Part shown: piece by piece, positions 52,071 to 61,518 of the stretch
How positions within the stretch are numbered: the first letter of the stretch is position 1
Layout: every line of letters starts with the position of its first letter
From: Symbiobacteriaceae bacterium
GTDB taxonomy: Bacteria; Bacillota; Sulfobacillia; Symbiobacteriales; Symbiobacteriaceae
Assembly (NCBI GenBank): GCA_035298385.1
Contig: DATGYC010000244.1
Coordinates: forward strand, 1,751 to 65,750
Length of the DNA stretch: 64,000 nt
Direction of reading: 5' to 3'
Position numbers and translations under genes: made by a program
The notes under the pieces: generated by a model
Told to the model about the DNA's origin: nothing
What the model saw: the letters and a program-made list of their open reading frames with translations, nothing else
The model's database searches: none

Positions 52071-52436
52071 ATGAAGAAGACTCTGATGCTCGGCCTCGTT
52101 GCGGTCCTCTCCCTCGGCGCCCTGACCGCTTGCGGCGGTTCTTCCGGCGGCAGCACCCCCGTCACCATCGAGATGGGCAAGGATGGCGAGATGGCCTTCA
52201 ACCCGCCCCAGTTCACCGCTAAGAAGGGTGAGAAGGTCACCGTTAAGCTGGTCAACAAGGACAGCCAGGCCCACTCTTTCGTCATTGCTGACTTCAACGT
52301 CAAGTCCGGCAACGTGGCTGCTAACCAGACCAAGGAGGTCACCTTCACCGCCTCCAAGACTGGCGAGATCGAGTTCCACTGCGACGTCGCTGGCCACAAG
52401 GATGGCGGCATGGAAGGCGTCCTGAAGGTTAACTAA
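52071..52436 (+). CDS. Cupredoxin (blue copper) lipoprotein
   Basis: 121 aa. Lipobox LTAC. Type-1 Cu ligand pattern H(SF)...C(DVAG)H(KDGG)M. AGGAGG RBS. Confidence 0.85.
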   Translation: MKKTLMLGLVAVLSLGALTACGGSSGGSTPVTIEMGKDGEMAFNPPQFTAKKGEKVTVKLVNKDSQAHSFVIADFNVKSGNVAANQTKEVTFTASKTGEIEFHCDVAGHKDGGMEGVLKVN

Positions 52437-52450
52437 GCTACAAAGCTACG

Positions 52451-52491
52451 AAACAGAACCGGGCAGCCGTTTGGCTGCCCGGTTCTGTTTT
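52451..52491 (+). terminator. Rho-independent terminator after the cupredoxin gene
   Basis: 18-bp stem AAACAGAACCGGGCAGCC / GGCTGCCCGGTTCTGTTT running into a T tract. Confidence 0.8.
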
Positions 52492-52539
52492 CATAAGGCG
52501 CCATCTGCCCGCGCAGACTAGATGCGGGAGGGATTGCCG

Positions 52540-52830
52540 ATGCCGCGCCGAGTGAAGCACTACGCCCAGCCGCAGATCGCCCCGACCGCCGGTGACCTTG
52601 GCACTGAGGCCTACAACGCCAATCTGCGCCACATGGAACCCGGCTACGACTCACCAACCTTTGACGGCCCAACCGCCGGTACGGTGCCAATCTGGCACCA
52701 CACGGAGCCGTCCAACCCGCCGCCCGGACAGCACGGCATGGACGCCCAGGAGGTCAAGATCGGCCTGGATCTGCCGGTCAGCAAGGCCCACCGGGAGCAA
52801 CATGCTGGCGGCAACGCGGGCACCAAATGA
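52540..52830 (+). CDS. Hypothetical small hydrophilic protein, 96 aa
   Basis: GGGAGGGA RBS 6 nt before the ATG at 52540. Pro/His/Gly-rich with no TM. Hairpin GAGCGGGG / CCCCGCTC after the stop. Confidence 0.45.
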   Translation: MPRRVKHYAQPQIAPTAGDLGTEAYNANLRHMEPGYDSPTFDGPTAGTVPIWHHTEPSNPPPGQHGMDAQEVKIGLDLPVSKAHREQHAGGNAGTK

Positions 52831-52863
52831 GCGGAGCGGGGTTTCCCCCGCTCCGTTTCGTTG

Positions 52864-53337
52864 TTACCGGATGTCGAGCACCTCGTAGCGAAGCATGCCC
52901 ACGGGCGCCTCCACCTCGACCACGGCGCCCACGGCCTTGCCAAGGATCGCCTGGCCGACGGGGGATTCGTTCGAAATGCGATGGGCCATCGGGTCGGCCT
53001 CCAAGGTGCCAACGATCACGTAGGAGATCTCATCACCAAACTCCAGGTCCCGCAAGAGGACCGTATTGCCCAGTCCAACGGCGCTCGCCCCGCTCACCGG
53101 TGCATCCATGATCCGCGCGTTCCGGAGGGTCTTCTCCAGAACCAAGATCCGGCCCTCAATAAAGGCCTGCTCGTTCTTGGCGTCCTCATACTCCGAGTTC
53201 TCAGCGATGTCCCCGTAGTCGCGCGCTTGCTTGATCCGATCCGCCACCTCGAGCCTCTTGACCGTCAACAGGTGGGAGAGTTCTTGCTCCAACTGCTTGA
53301 GCCCCTCTACGGACAGAAGGACTTCCTTTTCTGCCAT
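52864..53337 (-). CDS. greA: Transcription elongation factor GreA
   Basis: 157 aa. Coiled-coil N-domain, DYGDIAENSEYEDAK acidic tip, ISNESPVGQAILGK C-domain. Confidence 0.95.
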   Translation of the reverse strand: MAEKEVLLSVEGLKQLEQELSHLLTVKRLEVADRIKQARDYGDIAENSEYEDAKNEQAFIEGRILVLEKTLRNARIMDAPVSGASAVGLGNTVLLRDLEFGDEISYVIVGTLEADPMAHRISNESPVGQAILGKAVGAVVEVEAPVGMLRYEVLDIR

Positions 53338-53617
53338 GCGCGTCCGCTCCTTCGAACTGGGATGTCACCGGTGGCCCCCTACGAACCAGGCCAGGGTACC
53401 CGATGTATACGAGGGGTTGTTTCGGCTCTATGACGCCTTCAGACCATTCTGTTTGCGTTTCACCCATTATATGGTCACCGTTTCTGGACGTCAACAGGTG
53501 AATCTAGTTTTTTCTGTGTTTTCTGTCAGTAAACTGGTAAAACTCAGTGGTTGATCCGGCCCTTTGGCTGTGCTAGGTTGGTCCAGGTATATGCTTAAAT
53601 AAAGTGGGGGTGAACCG

Positions 53618-54994
53618 ATGCTTGCCCCTCTTTTGGTTGGGACGCAGCGGATCTGGTCCCCCGATCGTCGGTCGCTACGACGCTCGATTCTGCGTCTGGC
53701 CCTGCCCATGGTCGCCGAACAGCTCCTGACCACGCTAGTTGGCATCGTCAATATGATGCTGGTCAGCCGCCTGGGTCGAGAGGCGACGGCCGCAGTTGGA
53801 CTCTCTGGCACGCCGTTCAACCTCTCGATCGCCCTCTTTCTGGGCCTAGGGATCGGCACCACCGCCCTGATCGCCCGGGCGGCGGGGGCGGGGAAGGAGT
53901 CCGAGGTTGAGGCCGTCACCCGCCAGTCCTTCTGGATGGGCTTGGTCGCCGCCCTCTTGGTCTCCACGCTCTACTGGGCCACTGCCCCGCAGATCATGCA
54001 CGTGATGGGCGCCGATGCAGCGGTCACCCCGCTCGGTGTCACCTACCTGCGCTGGTCCGCCCTCGGCTTCCTGCCCATGCAGTGGTCCCAGGTGATGTAC
54101 GGCGCCCTGCGCGGTCGGGGCGATACGCTGACCCCGCTCAAGATTGGCCTGGTGGTAAACATCCTAAATGGCCTTCTTTCCTACGCCTTGATCTGGGGCC
54201 GGTTCGGCCTGCCCGCCCTCGGGCTAAAGGGGGGCCCGATCGGCGAGGCGAGCGCCTTTGCAGTGGGCGCCCTCCTCGTAGCGCTCTTTCTCTTCCGGAG
54301 TGAGGGGTCGGTCCGCCTCCGTTGGCACACGCTCTTCCAGGTTGACCTCGGCCTCATCGGCCGGATCCTGAAGGTAGGTCTGCCCACGGCTGGCGAGCGA
54401 GTCCTGGGCTCCCTGGGGATGATCTCCTTCACCCGGATGATCGCCTCCCTGGGTACGGTCGCGATCGCCGCCCACCAGATCACCATGAATGCGGAGTCGA
54501 TCGCCTACATGCCGGCTCAGGCGCTGGCTGCCGCTGGCACCGCTCTGGTCGGGATGCGTCTGGGCGCCAAGGAGCCGGACGGCGCCACGCAGGTAGCCAA
54601 AGAGACCGTACTCCTGACCGCCCTGACGATGGCCCTCACCGCCTCCTTCTTCGTTGTGGGCGGCGGGCCGTACATCCGGCTCTATACGGGTGATCTGTTG
54701 ATGGGCGCCCTGGCGGTCCAGATGCTCCGCATCGCCGCCCTCTCCGAGATCCCCATGGGGATCACCTTCGCCCTAAGTGGCACGCTTCGGGGCGCCGGCG
54801 ATACCATGCCGATGATGCTGGTGACGGCTGCTGGCGTCTGGGTGGTCCGGCTCTCCGTGGCCGCTCTGCTGATCTTCGGGCTAAAGTGGGGGCTCGCAGG
54901 CGCTTGGACAGCGATGATCTTCGACTGGCTCTTCCGGATGGGCTTCGCGGCCTGGCGTTTCCGGCTGGGCAAATGGCGCACAATCAAGGTGTAA
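53618..54994 (+). CDS. MATE-family efflux transporter
   Basis: 458 aa, 12 predicted TM helices. LALPMVAEQLL N-terminal motif and internal duplication typical of NorM/DinF. Confidence 0.88.
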   Translation: MLAPLLVGTQRIWSPDRRSLRRSILRLALPMVAEQLLTTLVGIVNMMLVSRLGREATAAVGLSGTPFNLSIALFLGLGIGTTALIARAAGAGKESEVEAVTRQSFWMGLVAALLVSTLYWATAPQIMHVMGADAAVTPLGVTYLRWSALGFLPMQWSQVMYGALRGRGDTLTPLKIGLVVNILNGLLSYALIWGRFGLPALGLKGGPIGEASAFAVGALLVALFLFRSEGSVRLRWHTLFQVDLGLIGRILKVGLPTAGERVLGSLGMISFTRMIASLGTVAIAAHQITMNAESIAYMPAQALAAAGTALVGMRLGAKEPDGATQVAKETVLLTALTMALTASFFVVGGGPYIRLYTGDLLMGALAVQMLRIAALSEIPMGITFALSGTLRGAGDTMPMMLVTAAGVWVVRLSVAALLIFGLKWGLAGAWTAMIFDWLFRMGFAAWRFRLGKWRTIKV

Positions 54995-55033
54995 TGCAAG
55001 ACCCTCCCCGATCACCCGGGGAGGGTCTTTGGC

Positions 55034-55531
55034 TTAGGGGCGCACCCACTTACCGATATAGTAGATGGAATTGCCGTCATAGACGTAGATATCGCCGTCC
55101 TTCTCCTTGCCCACGTGCCACGTCTTGCCCTCCTGGGCGCCCGGGATGGTGATCGGGTAGTCTCCGCTCCCCTTCTGCCACTGCCCCTTGTAGGTCTTCC
55201 CGTCCCACTGGCTGTTCCAGACGTAGGTACCGTCAGCGTTCAGCTTCAGGGTCGAAGCGGTCTGGGCGCCCGAGCCAGTCACCTGGGTAACCGTGTCACC
55301 GTTGTCGATCTGGAAGGAGGCGCCGGGGATGCCCAGGCCGTACTCCCCCCACGAGAAGCCATAAGGCGACTCCTGGCGTGTCGCCGCTGGCTGACCAGCA
55401 GCCTTTTGTGGCGTCGACCCTATCCGGCCTGATCCCTGCGGTTCCGTCGACTTCGATGTTACCCCGGCACAGCCACTCAGAACCCCGGCCAGCAGGACGA
55501 CCGCTAGAAGCCACCTGGACTCTCTCCGCAA
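55034..55531 (-). CDS. Hypothetical lipoprotein
   Basis: Lipobox LSGCAG. TTG at 55531 lies 6 nt after GGAGGAG (the tracked ORF starts 5 codons earlier, inside the RBS). Beta-rich mature part rich in Gly/Trp/Tyr. Confidence 0.55.
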   Translation of the reverse strand: MRRESRWLLAVVLLAGVLSGCAGVTSKSTEPQGSGRIGSTPQKAAGQPAATRQESPYGFSWGEYGLGIPGASFQIDNGDTVTQVTGSGAQTASTLKLNADGTYVWNSQWDGKTYKGQWQKGSGDYPITIPGAQEGKTWHVGKEKDGDIYVYDGNSIYYIGKWVRP

Positions 55532-55644
55532 CGTGCACTCCTCCAATCGATACTCTAACTTTTCATGCCATTACCACAATGATCGTGGTATTTCCTGCCT
55601 GCAACAAAAACCCTCCCCGAACTTGGGGAGGGTTTTCATATTGA

Positions 55645-56742
55645 CTATCGGGCGCAACTCTCTTCATCAGCGAATGCGTCGCAGGACTGGGGCGCCTCGG
55701 GTCCCTCTTCGGTGGTTACCAGGGCCTCAGGCTCGGTCGCCTTATAGGCCTCGTACCGCTCCAGGTAGGCCCAGAGGAGCGAGCGCAGCTCATCCGATGT
55801 CTCGGCCGTGTTGATCTGGGCCCGGGCCTCAGCGGAGCCCCAGAGGCCCTTCAGGTACCAGGCCGCATGCTTGCGCATCTCGCGGGTGGCGATATACTCG
55901 CCCCGATACTCGATCATCAGGTCGAAGTGGCGCATGGTGGTCTCGATCCGCTCACGGGCGGCCGGTTCGGGCAGGAGCTCGCCCGTGGCCAGGTAGTGAC
56001 GGAGGCGCCCGAAGAGCCAGGGGTTGCCCATGGCGCCCCGGCCGATCGCCAGGCCCCGAACCGCCGTCGTCTTGAGCCGGTGCAGCGCCTGCTCCGGCGT
56101 CGTGATATCCCCGTTGCCAATGACGGGAATCGTAATCGCACGGGCGACCGAGTCGATCACATCCCAGTCAGCATTCCCGCTGTAGTGTTGCTCGCGGGTG
56201 CGGCCGTGGATGGTGAGCATCTGGGCGCCCGCCGCCTCCACCCGCTGGCCCATCTCAATGGCGTTGATGGTGCTGGAATCCCAGCCGATCCGCATCTTGA
56301 CGGTGACCGGGATGGGGCCTACCTCCCGGATTACCTGACGGACGATCTCTTCGGCCACGTCCGGCTCCTTCAGGAGCGAGGAGCCACCGCGGCCCTTCGT
56401 CACCTTGGGCGCCGGGCAACCCATGTTAATATCGATGAAATCGGGATTCTCCAGTTCAACCACCTTGGCGGCGGCCTTCGCCATCGTCTCTGGGTCTGCC
56501 CCGAAGATCTGGACGGCGGCCGGGCGCTCGCCGGGTAGCAGCTGGATCATCTCCTGGGTGCGCTTCGAGTCAAAGAGCAGGGCTTTGTCCGAGACGAACT
56601 CGGTCACGACAAAGCCACAGCCCTTCTCCTTGCAGAGCAGACGGAAGGGCCAGTTGGTGACGCCGGCCATTGGCGCCAGGGAGACGGGGAAGTCGATCGT
56701 CAGGCGGCCTACCTGAATAGGGGCAAGCTCAAACAGCGGCAC
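55645..56742 (-). CDS. dusB: tRNA-dihydrouridine synthase (DusB-like)
   Basis: LAPMAGVTNWPFR, IDINMGCPAPKV (catalytic Cys), IHGRTR motifs. The start is GTG at 56742 or 56751. About 40-aa C-terminal extension. Confidence 0.9.
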   Translation of the reverse strand: MPLFELAPIQVGRLTIDFPVSLAPMAGVTNWPFRLLCKEKGCGFVVTEFVSDKALLFDSKRTQEMIQLLPGERPAAVQIFGADPETMAKAAAKVVELENPDFIDINMGCPAPKVTKGRGGSSLLKEPDVAEEIVRQVIREVGPIPVTVKMRIGWDSSTINAIEMGQRVEAAGAQMLTIHGRTREQHYSGNADWDVIDSVARAITIPVIGNGDITTPEQALHRLKTTAVRGLAIGRGAMGNPWLFGRLRHYLATGELLPEPAARERIETTMRHFDLMIEYRGEYIATREMRKHAAWYLKGLWGSAEARAQINTAETSDELRSLLWAYLERYEAYKATEPEALVTTEEGPEAPQSCDAFADEESCAR

Positions 56743-56958
56743 GGCGGCCACCTCCTGTCACAGGACTAGCGGGAAGTATTATACCCGGATTCGGTCAACT
56801 GGTCCACTTGCAGGCAGGTGACAAATCCCGAGGATATGGCGAGTTTAGCGCCGCAGAGGCTTGTCACGCCGCAGCGGGAGCAGGAGCCGGTGCCCTCATG
56901 TACGAAGTTTTTGAAGGACGAATCTTTGTTCGTAGATACCCCCAGGAGGCGAACATTT

Positions 56959-58245
56959 GTGCCGATCTCCCTGCGGCAGGCGAACCGGTTTTTGCTTACG
57001 CGTCAGCATCTCCTTCAGCCAATTACCGATCCGATTCAGGCAGCGATCGATGCCTGTGGCCTGCAGGCACAGATCCCCTCCACCCCCGCCCTCTCCCTGC
57101 GGGCACGGGTCTCAGGCTTTACGCGTGCGGACTACGACCGGCTCCTCAAGCAAGAGAAGCGTCTGGTCCGCACCTGGGCGATGCGCGGCACGGTACATAC
57201 CCTGCCGACGGAACGGCTGGCCCAATATATCCGGCTACGCCGCAACGGGCTAGACGGCTATGAGCACTACCTACAGGCTGACTCCGCCCAGCTGGCGGTT
57301 GAGGCCGACCTAGTCCTTCGCCTGCTGGCAGAGCGGCCGGCCAGCCGTCAGGAGCTGGCCCGGATCGCCGTGGAGCGGGGCCTGGTAACACCTGAGCGTG
57401 CCGCCCACCTGTTTGGTCCGTGGGGCGGGATTCTGCACTACTTGGGCCGGTCCGGGCATACGGTTCACCTACCGGATGAGGGTCGAGATGTGCGGTTGGT
57501 CCGGATCGAAGAGTGGCTGGGGGCGCCCCTGCCGGCGGAACCGATCGAGGTACTGGAGGATCGCCTGCTGGCTGACTACCTGGCCGGATACGGTCCGGCC
57601 ACGGTCCACGACTTCGCCCACTTCCTGACGATCCCGGTCGGACGGGCCCAGGCGATCTTCGACCGGGCGGCAACCTCCGAGGACACGGCGAGTTTAGCGC
57701 CGCAGGAGGTTGCCGCCCGGAGGGCGCCCAACCTGGCTGAGGTTGATTTAGCGCCGCAGGAGGTTGCCGCCCGGAGGGCGCCCAACCTGGCTGAGGTAGG
57801 GATTGCCGCCCGGAGGGCGCCCAACCTGGCTGAGGTAGGGGTTGCCGCCCGGAGGGCGCCCAAACTGGCTGAGGTAGAACTGGAGGGCTCCAAGCGCAAG
57901 CACTACCTCCCCGCCGCCCTCCTGCCAGAGTTGCTCGCCATGACTGGCGAGGAGGAGGCGCCGGTCCACCTCCTCCCCCGCTTCGACTCCCTCCTGCTTG
58001 TCCACCAAGTGAAGGATCGCTTCCTGCGGCCAGAGGACGTCAAGAAGGTCTTCAAGCCCGCCGCCGTCGTCGATGCGACGGTCCTCGTCGATGGTTGGGT
58101 CGTTGGAACCTGGACGACAAAGCCCACGACGAAGGCGTTGCGCTTTCAGTTCCACCCATTCCGGCGCACTGCAGTCCGCCCGATCAAGGCTGCGGCCGCT
58201 CGCCTGGCTGCCTGGTACGGGCTCAAGCTTGAGTGGCACGAGTAG
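56959..58245 (+). CDS. AlkZ/YcaQ-like winged-helix DNA glycosylase family protein carrying an internal tandem-repeat insert
   Basis: RQANRFLLTRQHL, CGLQAQ (Q-phi-Q motif) and RTWAMRGTVH are typical of the family. GTG at 56959 has an AGGAGG RBS 8 nt upstream; the tracked ORF (from 56818) reads through an upstream repeat copy. Confidence 0.7.
   Translation: MPISLRQANRFLLTRQHLLQPITDPIQAAIDACGLQAQIPSTPALSLRARVSGFTRADYDRLLKQEKRLVRTWAMRGTVHTLPTERLAQYIRLRRNGLDGYEHYLQADSAQLAVEADLVLRLLAERPASRQELARIAVERGLVTPERAAHLFGPWGGILHYLGRSGHTVHLPDEGRDVRLVRIEEWLGAPLPAEPIEVLEDRLLADYLAGYGPATVHDFAHFLTIPVGRAQAIFDRAATSEDTASLAPQEVAARRAPNLAEVDLAPQEVAARRAPNLAEVGIAARRAPNLAEVGVAARRAPKLAEVELEGSKRKHYLPAALLPELLAMTGEEEAPVHLLPRFDSLLLVHQVKDRFLRPEDVKKVFKPAAVVDATVLVDGWVVGTWTTKPTTKALRFQFHPFRRTAVRPIKAAAARLAAWYGLKLEWHE
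57693..57878 (+). repeat. In-frame tandem repeats (periods 54, 54, 39, 39 nt)
   Basis: Core (G/A)TTGCCGCCCGGAGGGCGCCCAA(C/A)CTGGCTGAGGT occurs 4 times (starts 57709, 57763, 57802, 57841). The first two are preceded by TTTAGCGCCGCAGGAG. Encodes (V/I)AARRAP(N/K)LAEV four times. Confidence 0.9.
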
Positions 58246-58329
58246 CCCCGCAGGAATCGTGTAGAGAGAAGGGTTCGAGCCGAAACTGTACGAATCTTCA
58301 ATTGATCAACCGTACGAGGAGGGCTCCAC

Positions 58330-59007
58330 TTGAAGATTCGCTTCCTGGGACATTCGGCGACCGAGGTTGTAGGGGAGAAGGTCCGAATCCTGATCGATCC
58401 GTTCATCACGGGAAATGCGGTCTGCCCGATCAAGGCCGAAGAGCTCCAGCCCGATGTGATCATCCTGACCCATGGGCACGGTGACCACGTTGGCGACACC
58501 GCCGCCCTGGCGGAACGGACGGGCGCCCTGATCATCTGCGGCTACGACACCGGCCTGCAGCTAGAGGCGAAGGGGCTAAAGGTCCACTCCCTCGGCCTGG
58601 GCGGCAAGTGGCAGTTCGATTGGGGCATGGTCCGGATGGTCCCGGCCTTCCACGGCTCCGGCATGGCCACCTGCCATCCAGCAGGCTTTGTGATCCATCT
58701 GGATGGCCAGCGATTCTACCATGCGGGCGACACCTGCCTGTACTCAGACATGAAGCTGCTCAACGGCGTGATCGAGCAACCCGGCATTGACGTGGCGATG
58801 CTCCCGATCGGTGATCGCTACACGATGGGCCCAGAGGATGCCGCCATCGCCGCCCAGTGGATTGGGGCGAAGACGGTCATCCCGATCCACTACGGCTCCT
58901 TCCCCGGGGTGCTGACGGGAACAGCCGAGGCATTCCAAGCACATGTGACGGCACTGGGCGGGCCAACCGTGCACGTTCTTAAGCCGGGCGAAACGTACGC
59001 CCTGTAG
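58330..59007 (+). CDS. UPF0173-type metal-dependent hydrolase (metallo-beta-lactamase fold)
   Basis: 225 aa. MKIRFLGHS, THGHGDH motif. TTG start with a GAGGAGGG RBS. Confidence 0.85.
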   Translation: MKIRFLGHSATEVVGEKVRILIDPFITGNAVCPIKAEELQPDVIILTHGHGDHVGDTAALAERTGALIICGYDTGLQLEAKGLKVHSLGLGGKWQFDWGMVRMVPAFHGSGMATCHPAGFVIHLDGQRFYHAGDTCLYSDMKLLNGVIEQPGIDVAMLPIGDRYTMGPEDAAIAAQWIGAKTVIPIHYGSFPGVLTGTAEAFQAHVTALGGPTVHVLKPGETYAL

Positions 59008-59096
59008 TTAATAGAAACTTCACACAAAGAGGCGTATCGCCATCCCCTCTACCAACGTGTTAGGAGTACCAAACACGCGCGGTGGAGGGGATCTTT

Positions 59097-60359
59097 ATGC
59101 GCCGACAGCGCTCCTTCTTTCCCTTGCTCCCGACCTATGTACCCTCGTATGCCTACCTGGAGGAGTTGCTTCAGGAGATGGCTCGCAAATGCCCAGGATG
59201 CACGGAGTGGCCCGCAGATGAGGCCCTGCTTGTCGGTGCCTTGATCCATGGCCTAGAGACGCAACCTGCAGCCGACACCGCTTGGTTGATCCGTCACTGT
59301 GGACTACCGGTACCGCCGACGCTGCGCCACGACAGGTACTCGCTGATCAAGTACTTCTATTCCCATTGGCACGACCCGGTCATTCGGAATCGGATTCTGA
59401 CCAAAGCGACGATCATTCGAGGTGTGGAGCGGCTGAAGCGGGAGTTAGTCGACCTAACACCGGCAAAGGCGAACCAGTTGGTACGTAAGCTAGTTCCCAT
59501 GAATATGTTTGCAGTCATGCACCAGTTCGGCCTAAAGGAGCAGGCGGAGGCGCTCCTCTCCATGCTTGACGAAGAAGGGCTCGCCTACTACAGGGTCGAC
59601 GTCCTGAGGGGGCAGATGGTCTGTTACAAGCTCTGGCGTGAGACGGAGCCCCAAGCGCTCCCGTTACGCAAGCGGCGGGAACTCATGCAACGAATTCAGC
59701 GGCGAAACGTCACGCTTCGGCACCTGCAGCACTCGCTATACCAGTTGAATCAGAATCGCAAGGCGTTGGTCCGGATGTCCTGGGAGGCGGAGCGGGGCGC
59801 CAGCCAGGCACTTGACGAACTGATCCGCCGGCAGGAGGAACTGCAGTCGAAGCTAGAGGCTGTCAAACTGGCCCATTCCAATCATCTGGTCTATCTACGC
59901 TCCACCCACGCCGAGGCCCTTAGTGGCTTGCGCTCCTACCTGGAAGAGCATCGCCGCACCCTGGCAGAGGCGCTCGCGGAACGTAGATGCTGGAGCCAGG
60001 CCCAGCCGCTAACCGGCCAGACGGTGGTGGTCATCGGTGATCTCGGCCACGCTGAGGCCTACCAGGACGTTATCACCTCCCTTGGCGGGCGCCCGGTCGT
60101 CGTGGATGGCCTGGACCGCTTCGGTCGGATTCGCGAAGTAGCACCCGAGGCAGATGCCGTTATCCTGATCACGGCGGCGATCAAACATTCCGCCGGGGCG
60201 TTGCTTACAGCTACTGTGCCAGTCGGGGTTCCTGTTCTGTACTGCCCACGGGCTGGACGGGCCAGTCTGGACCGGGTCATCCGGTCGGAACTCTTGCCCC
60301 TCCTGATCGCCCGCCAAGCAGCCATTAGTGATCAGGGAGGTGCACCAGATGCACGCTAA
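59097..60359 (+). CDS. Hypothetical protein: unknown N-domain, coiled coil, DUF2325-like C-domain (paralog A)
   Basis: 420 aa from the ATG at 59097 (GGTGGAGGGGA RBS). The C-terminal VVVIGDLGHAEAYQDVITSLGGRPVVVDG...ADAVILITAAIKHSAG...PVLYCPRAGRASL follows the DUF2325 pattern recalled from memory. Confidence 0.7.
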   Translation: MRRQRSFFPLLPTYVPSYAYLEELLQEMARKCPGCTEWPADEALLVGALIHGLETQPAADTAWLIRHCGLPVPPTLRHDRYSLIKYFYSHWHDPVIRNRILTKATIIRGVERLKRELVDLTPAKANQLVRKLVPMNMFAVMHQFGLKEQAEALLSMLDEEGLAYYRVDVLRGQMVCYKLWRETEPQALPLRKRRELMQRIQRRNVTLRHLQHSLYQLNQNRKALVRMSWEAERGASQALDELIRRQEELQSKLEAVKLAHSNHLVYLRSTHAEALSGLRSYLEEHRRTLAEALAERRCWSQAQPLTGQTVVVIGDLGHAEAYQDVITSLGGRPVVVDGLDRFGRIREVAPEADAVILITAAIKHSAGALLTATVPVGVPVLYCPRAGRASLDRVIRSELLPLLIARQAAISDQGGAPDAR

Positions 60360-61485
60360 CTGGCTCTTCCAAATTCCAAGTCCCTCCCTCACAGAGTCAC
60401 AGGCGATCATTCAGACGCGGCTTGATGCCGATCCTGACGCCAGAAAGATTCGTACTGAAGAGGCCGAGGCTTTTATGGTTAGCGCCTATCACCTAGCCTT
60501 CGCAGCCCCAAGTACTTTTGCTGCGTTCGCTAGGGCGTTTGGCCTTCGAGGTCAGACAACGAACAGAGCGTTCCGGCGACAGGCGACATTGATCATCCTA
60601 AAGTCTTGGTACAAACCACACACACAAGAACTGCTTACGATGGCTCGTGGGAATGTGTACATGAAAGGCCTGGGATCGGATAACGAGGTCACCACTAGCC
60701 TGCCAATCGAAGACCTGGTCGAGGCCTACTATCAGGGGCACATGGTAGTCTGGCTCTGTCATCTCTTGCGTCTCTCCGACCGCTCAGATCAGATTCCGGA
60801 CTTCTTGGCTATGCTGGACGAATATGCCGAATCAAAGTACAACCTCTACCTGGATGTTGGGCGTCTCATGTTTCGTCGGATTGTGGACGGTGTCGCTCAG
60901 CCGACGCCGGAGAGCGCGCAGGGCGCCGATCAGATCACCGCACAACTGCGCCAAAAGACGAAGGGGGCTGCGCAAGTCAAGCGAGAGGTGGCCCGCCAAC
61001 GCGAGGCGATTGCGCGTGAAAAGCGTTGGCGGAAGGCAAAGGATCGTACGCTGTCCGCCTATCTCGAGAGCATCCGCCAAGAGGTGGCTGCGGCGGAGGG
61101 GGAATTGATTGCGACCCTGCACCAGAATGAGGCAGAAGTGACCGCTCTGCAGGCCGAACACCAGGCACAACTGGATCACGTGGCAGCGGAGATCGCCAGG
61201 GTCGAGGCCGCCTTCGCCGAGTCGGTTAGGGCCCAGACCAGCGCCTTGCCGTTGGCAGGGCTCCGAATCGCCCTGCAAGGGGAGTGGGGAGCGGCAGAGC
61301 AACTCCTGATCGAAAGTGCCGGTGGGCAGATCGTGGCGGCGCGGCCGGACCTAACGCTCTGCCTGGGCGCCCCGGGACCCGATATGCCAGCCCGGTTCTG
61401 TACAACGGCGTTCGGACCAGTCGGCCTCGAGCGGCTCCTGCATCGAAAGGTGCTTCCGCAGATCACCCAGTTCCGGCCCACCTAA
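60349..61485 (+). CDS. Hypothetical protein, paralog B of the upstream gene (degenerate C-domain)
   Basis: 378 aa from the ATG at 60349 (GGGAGGTG RBS 6 nt upstream). Overlaps the upstream stop by 11 nt. Alignable blocks: LIILKSWYKPHTQELL~LIKYFYSHWHDPVIRNRIL and FLAMLDEYAESKYNLYLDVGR~LLSMLDEEGLAYYRVDVLR. Confidence 0.7.
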   Translation: MHANWLFQIPSPSLTESQAIIQTRLDADPDARKIRTEEAEAFMVSAYHLAFAAPSTFAAFARAFGLRGQTTNRAFRRQATLIILKSWYKPHTQELLTMARGNVYMKGLGSDNEVTTSLPIEDLVEAYYQGHMVVWLCHLLRLSDRSDQIPDFLAMLDEYAESKYNLYLDVGRLMFRRIVDGVAQPTPESAQGADQITAQLRQKTKGAAQVKREVARQREAIAREKRWRKAKDRTLSAYLESIRQEVAAAEGELIATLHQNEAEVTALQAEHQAQLDHVAAEIARVEAAFAESVRAQTSALPLAGLRIALQGEWGAAEQLLIESAGGQIVAARPDLTLCLGAPGPDMPARFCTTAFGPVGLERLLHRKVLPQITQFRPT

Positions 61486-61488
61486 AAA

Positions 61489-61516
61489 CAGAGGCCCCCC
61501 AGCTGGGGGGCCTCTG
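61489..61516. terminator. Bidirectional terminator
   Basis: 12-bp stem CAGAGGCCCCCC / GGGGGGCCTCTG between convergent genes. Confidence 0.7.
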
Positions 61517-61518
61517 CC

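Noticed and set aside
51989-52411. Minus-strand ORFs of 140 and 133 aa opposite the cupredoxin gene
   Set aside because: They are antisense to a gene with a lipobox, a strong RBS and type-1 copper ligands, and have no start context of their own.
57693-57878. Possible CRISPR array
   Set aside because: The repeats are directly adjacent with no unique spacers, have periods that are multiples of 3 inside an open reading frame, and no cas genes are nearby. This is a coding tandem repeat.
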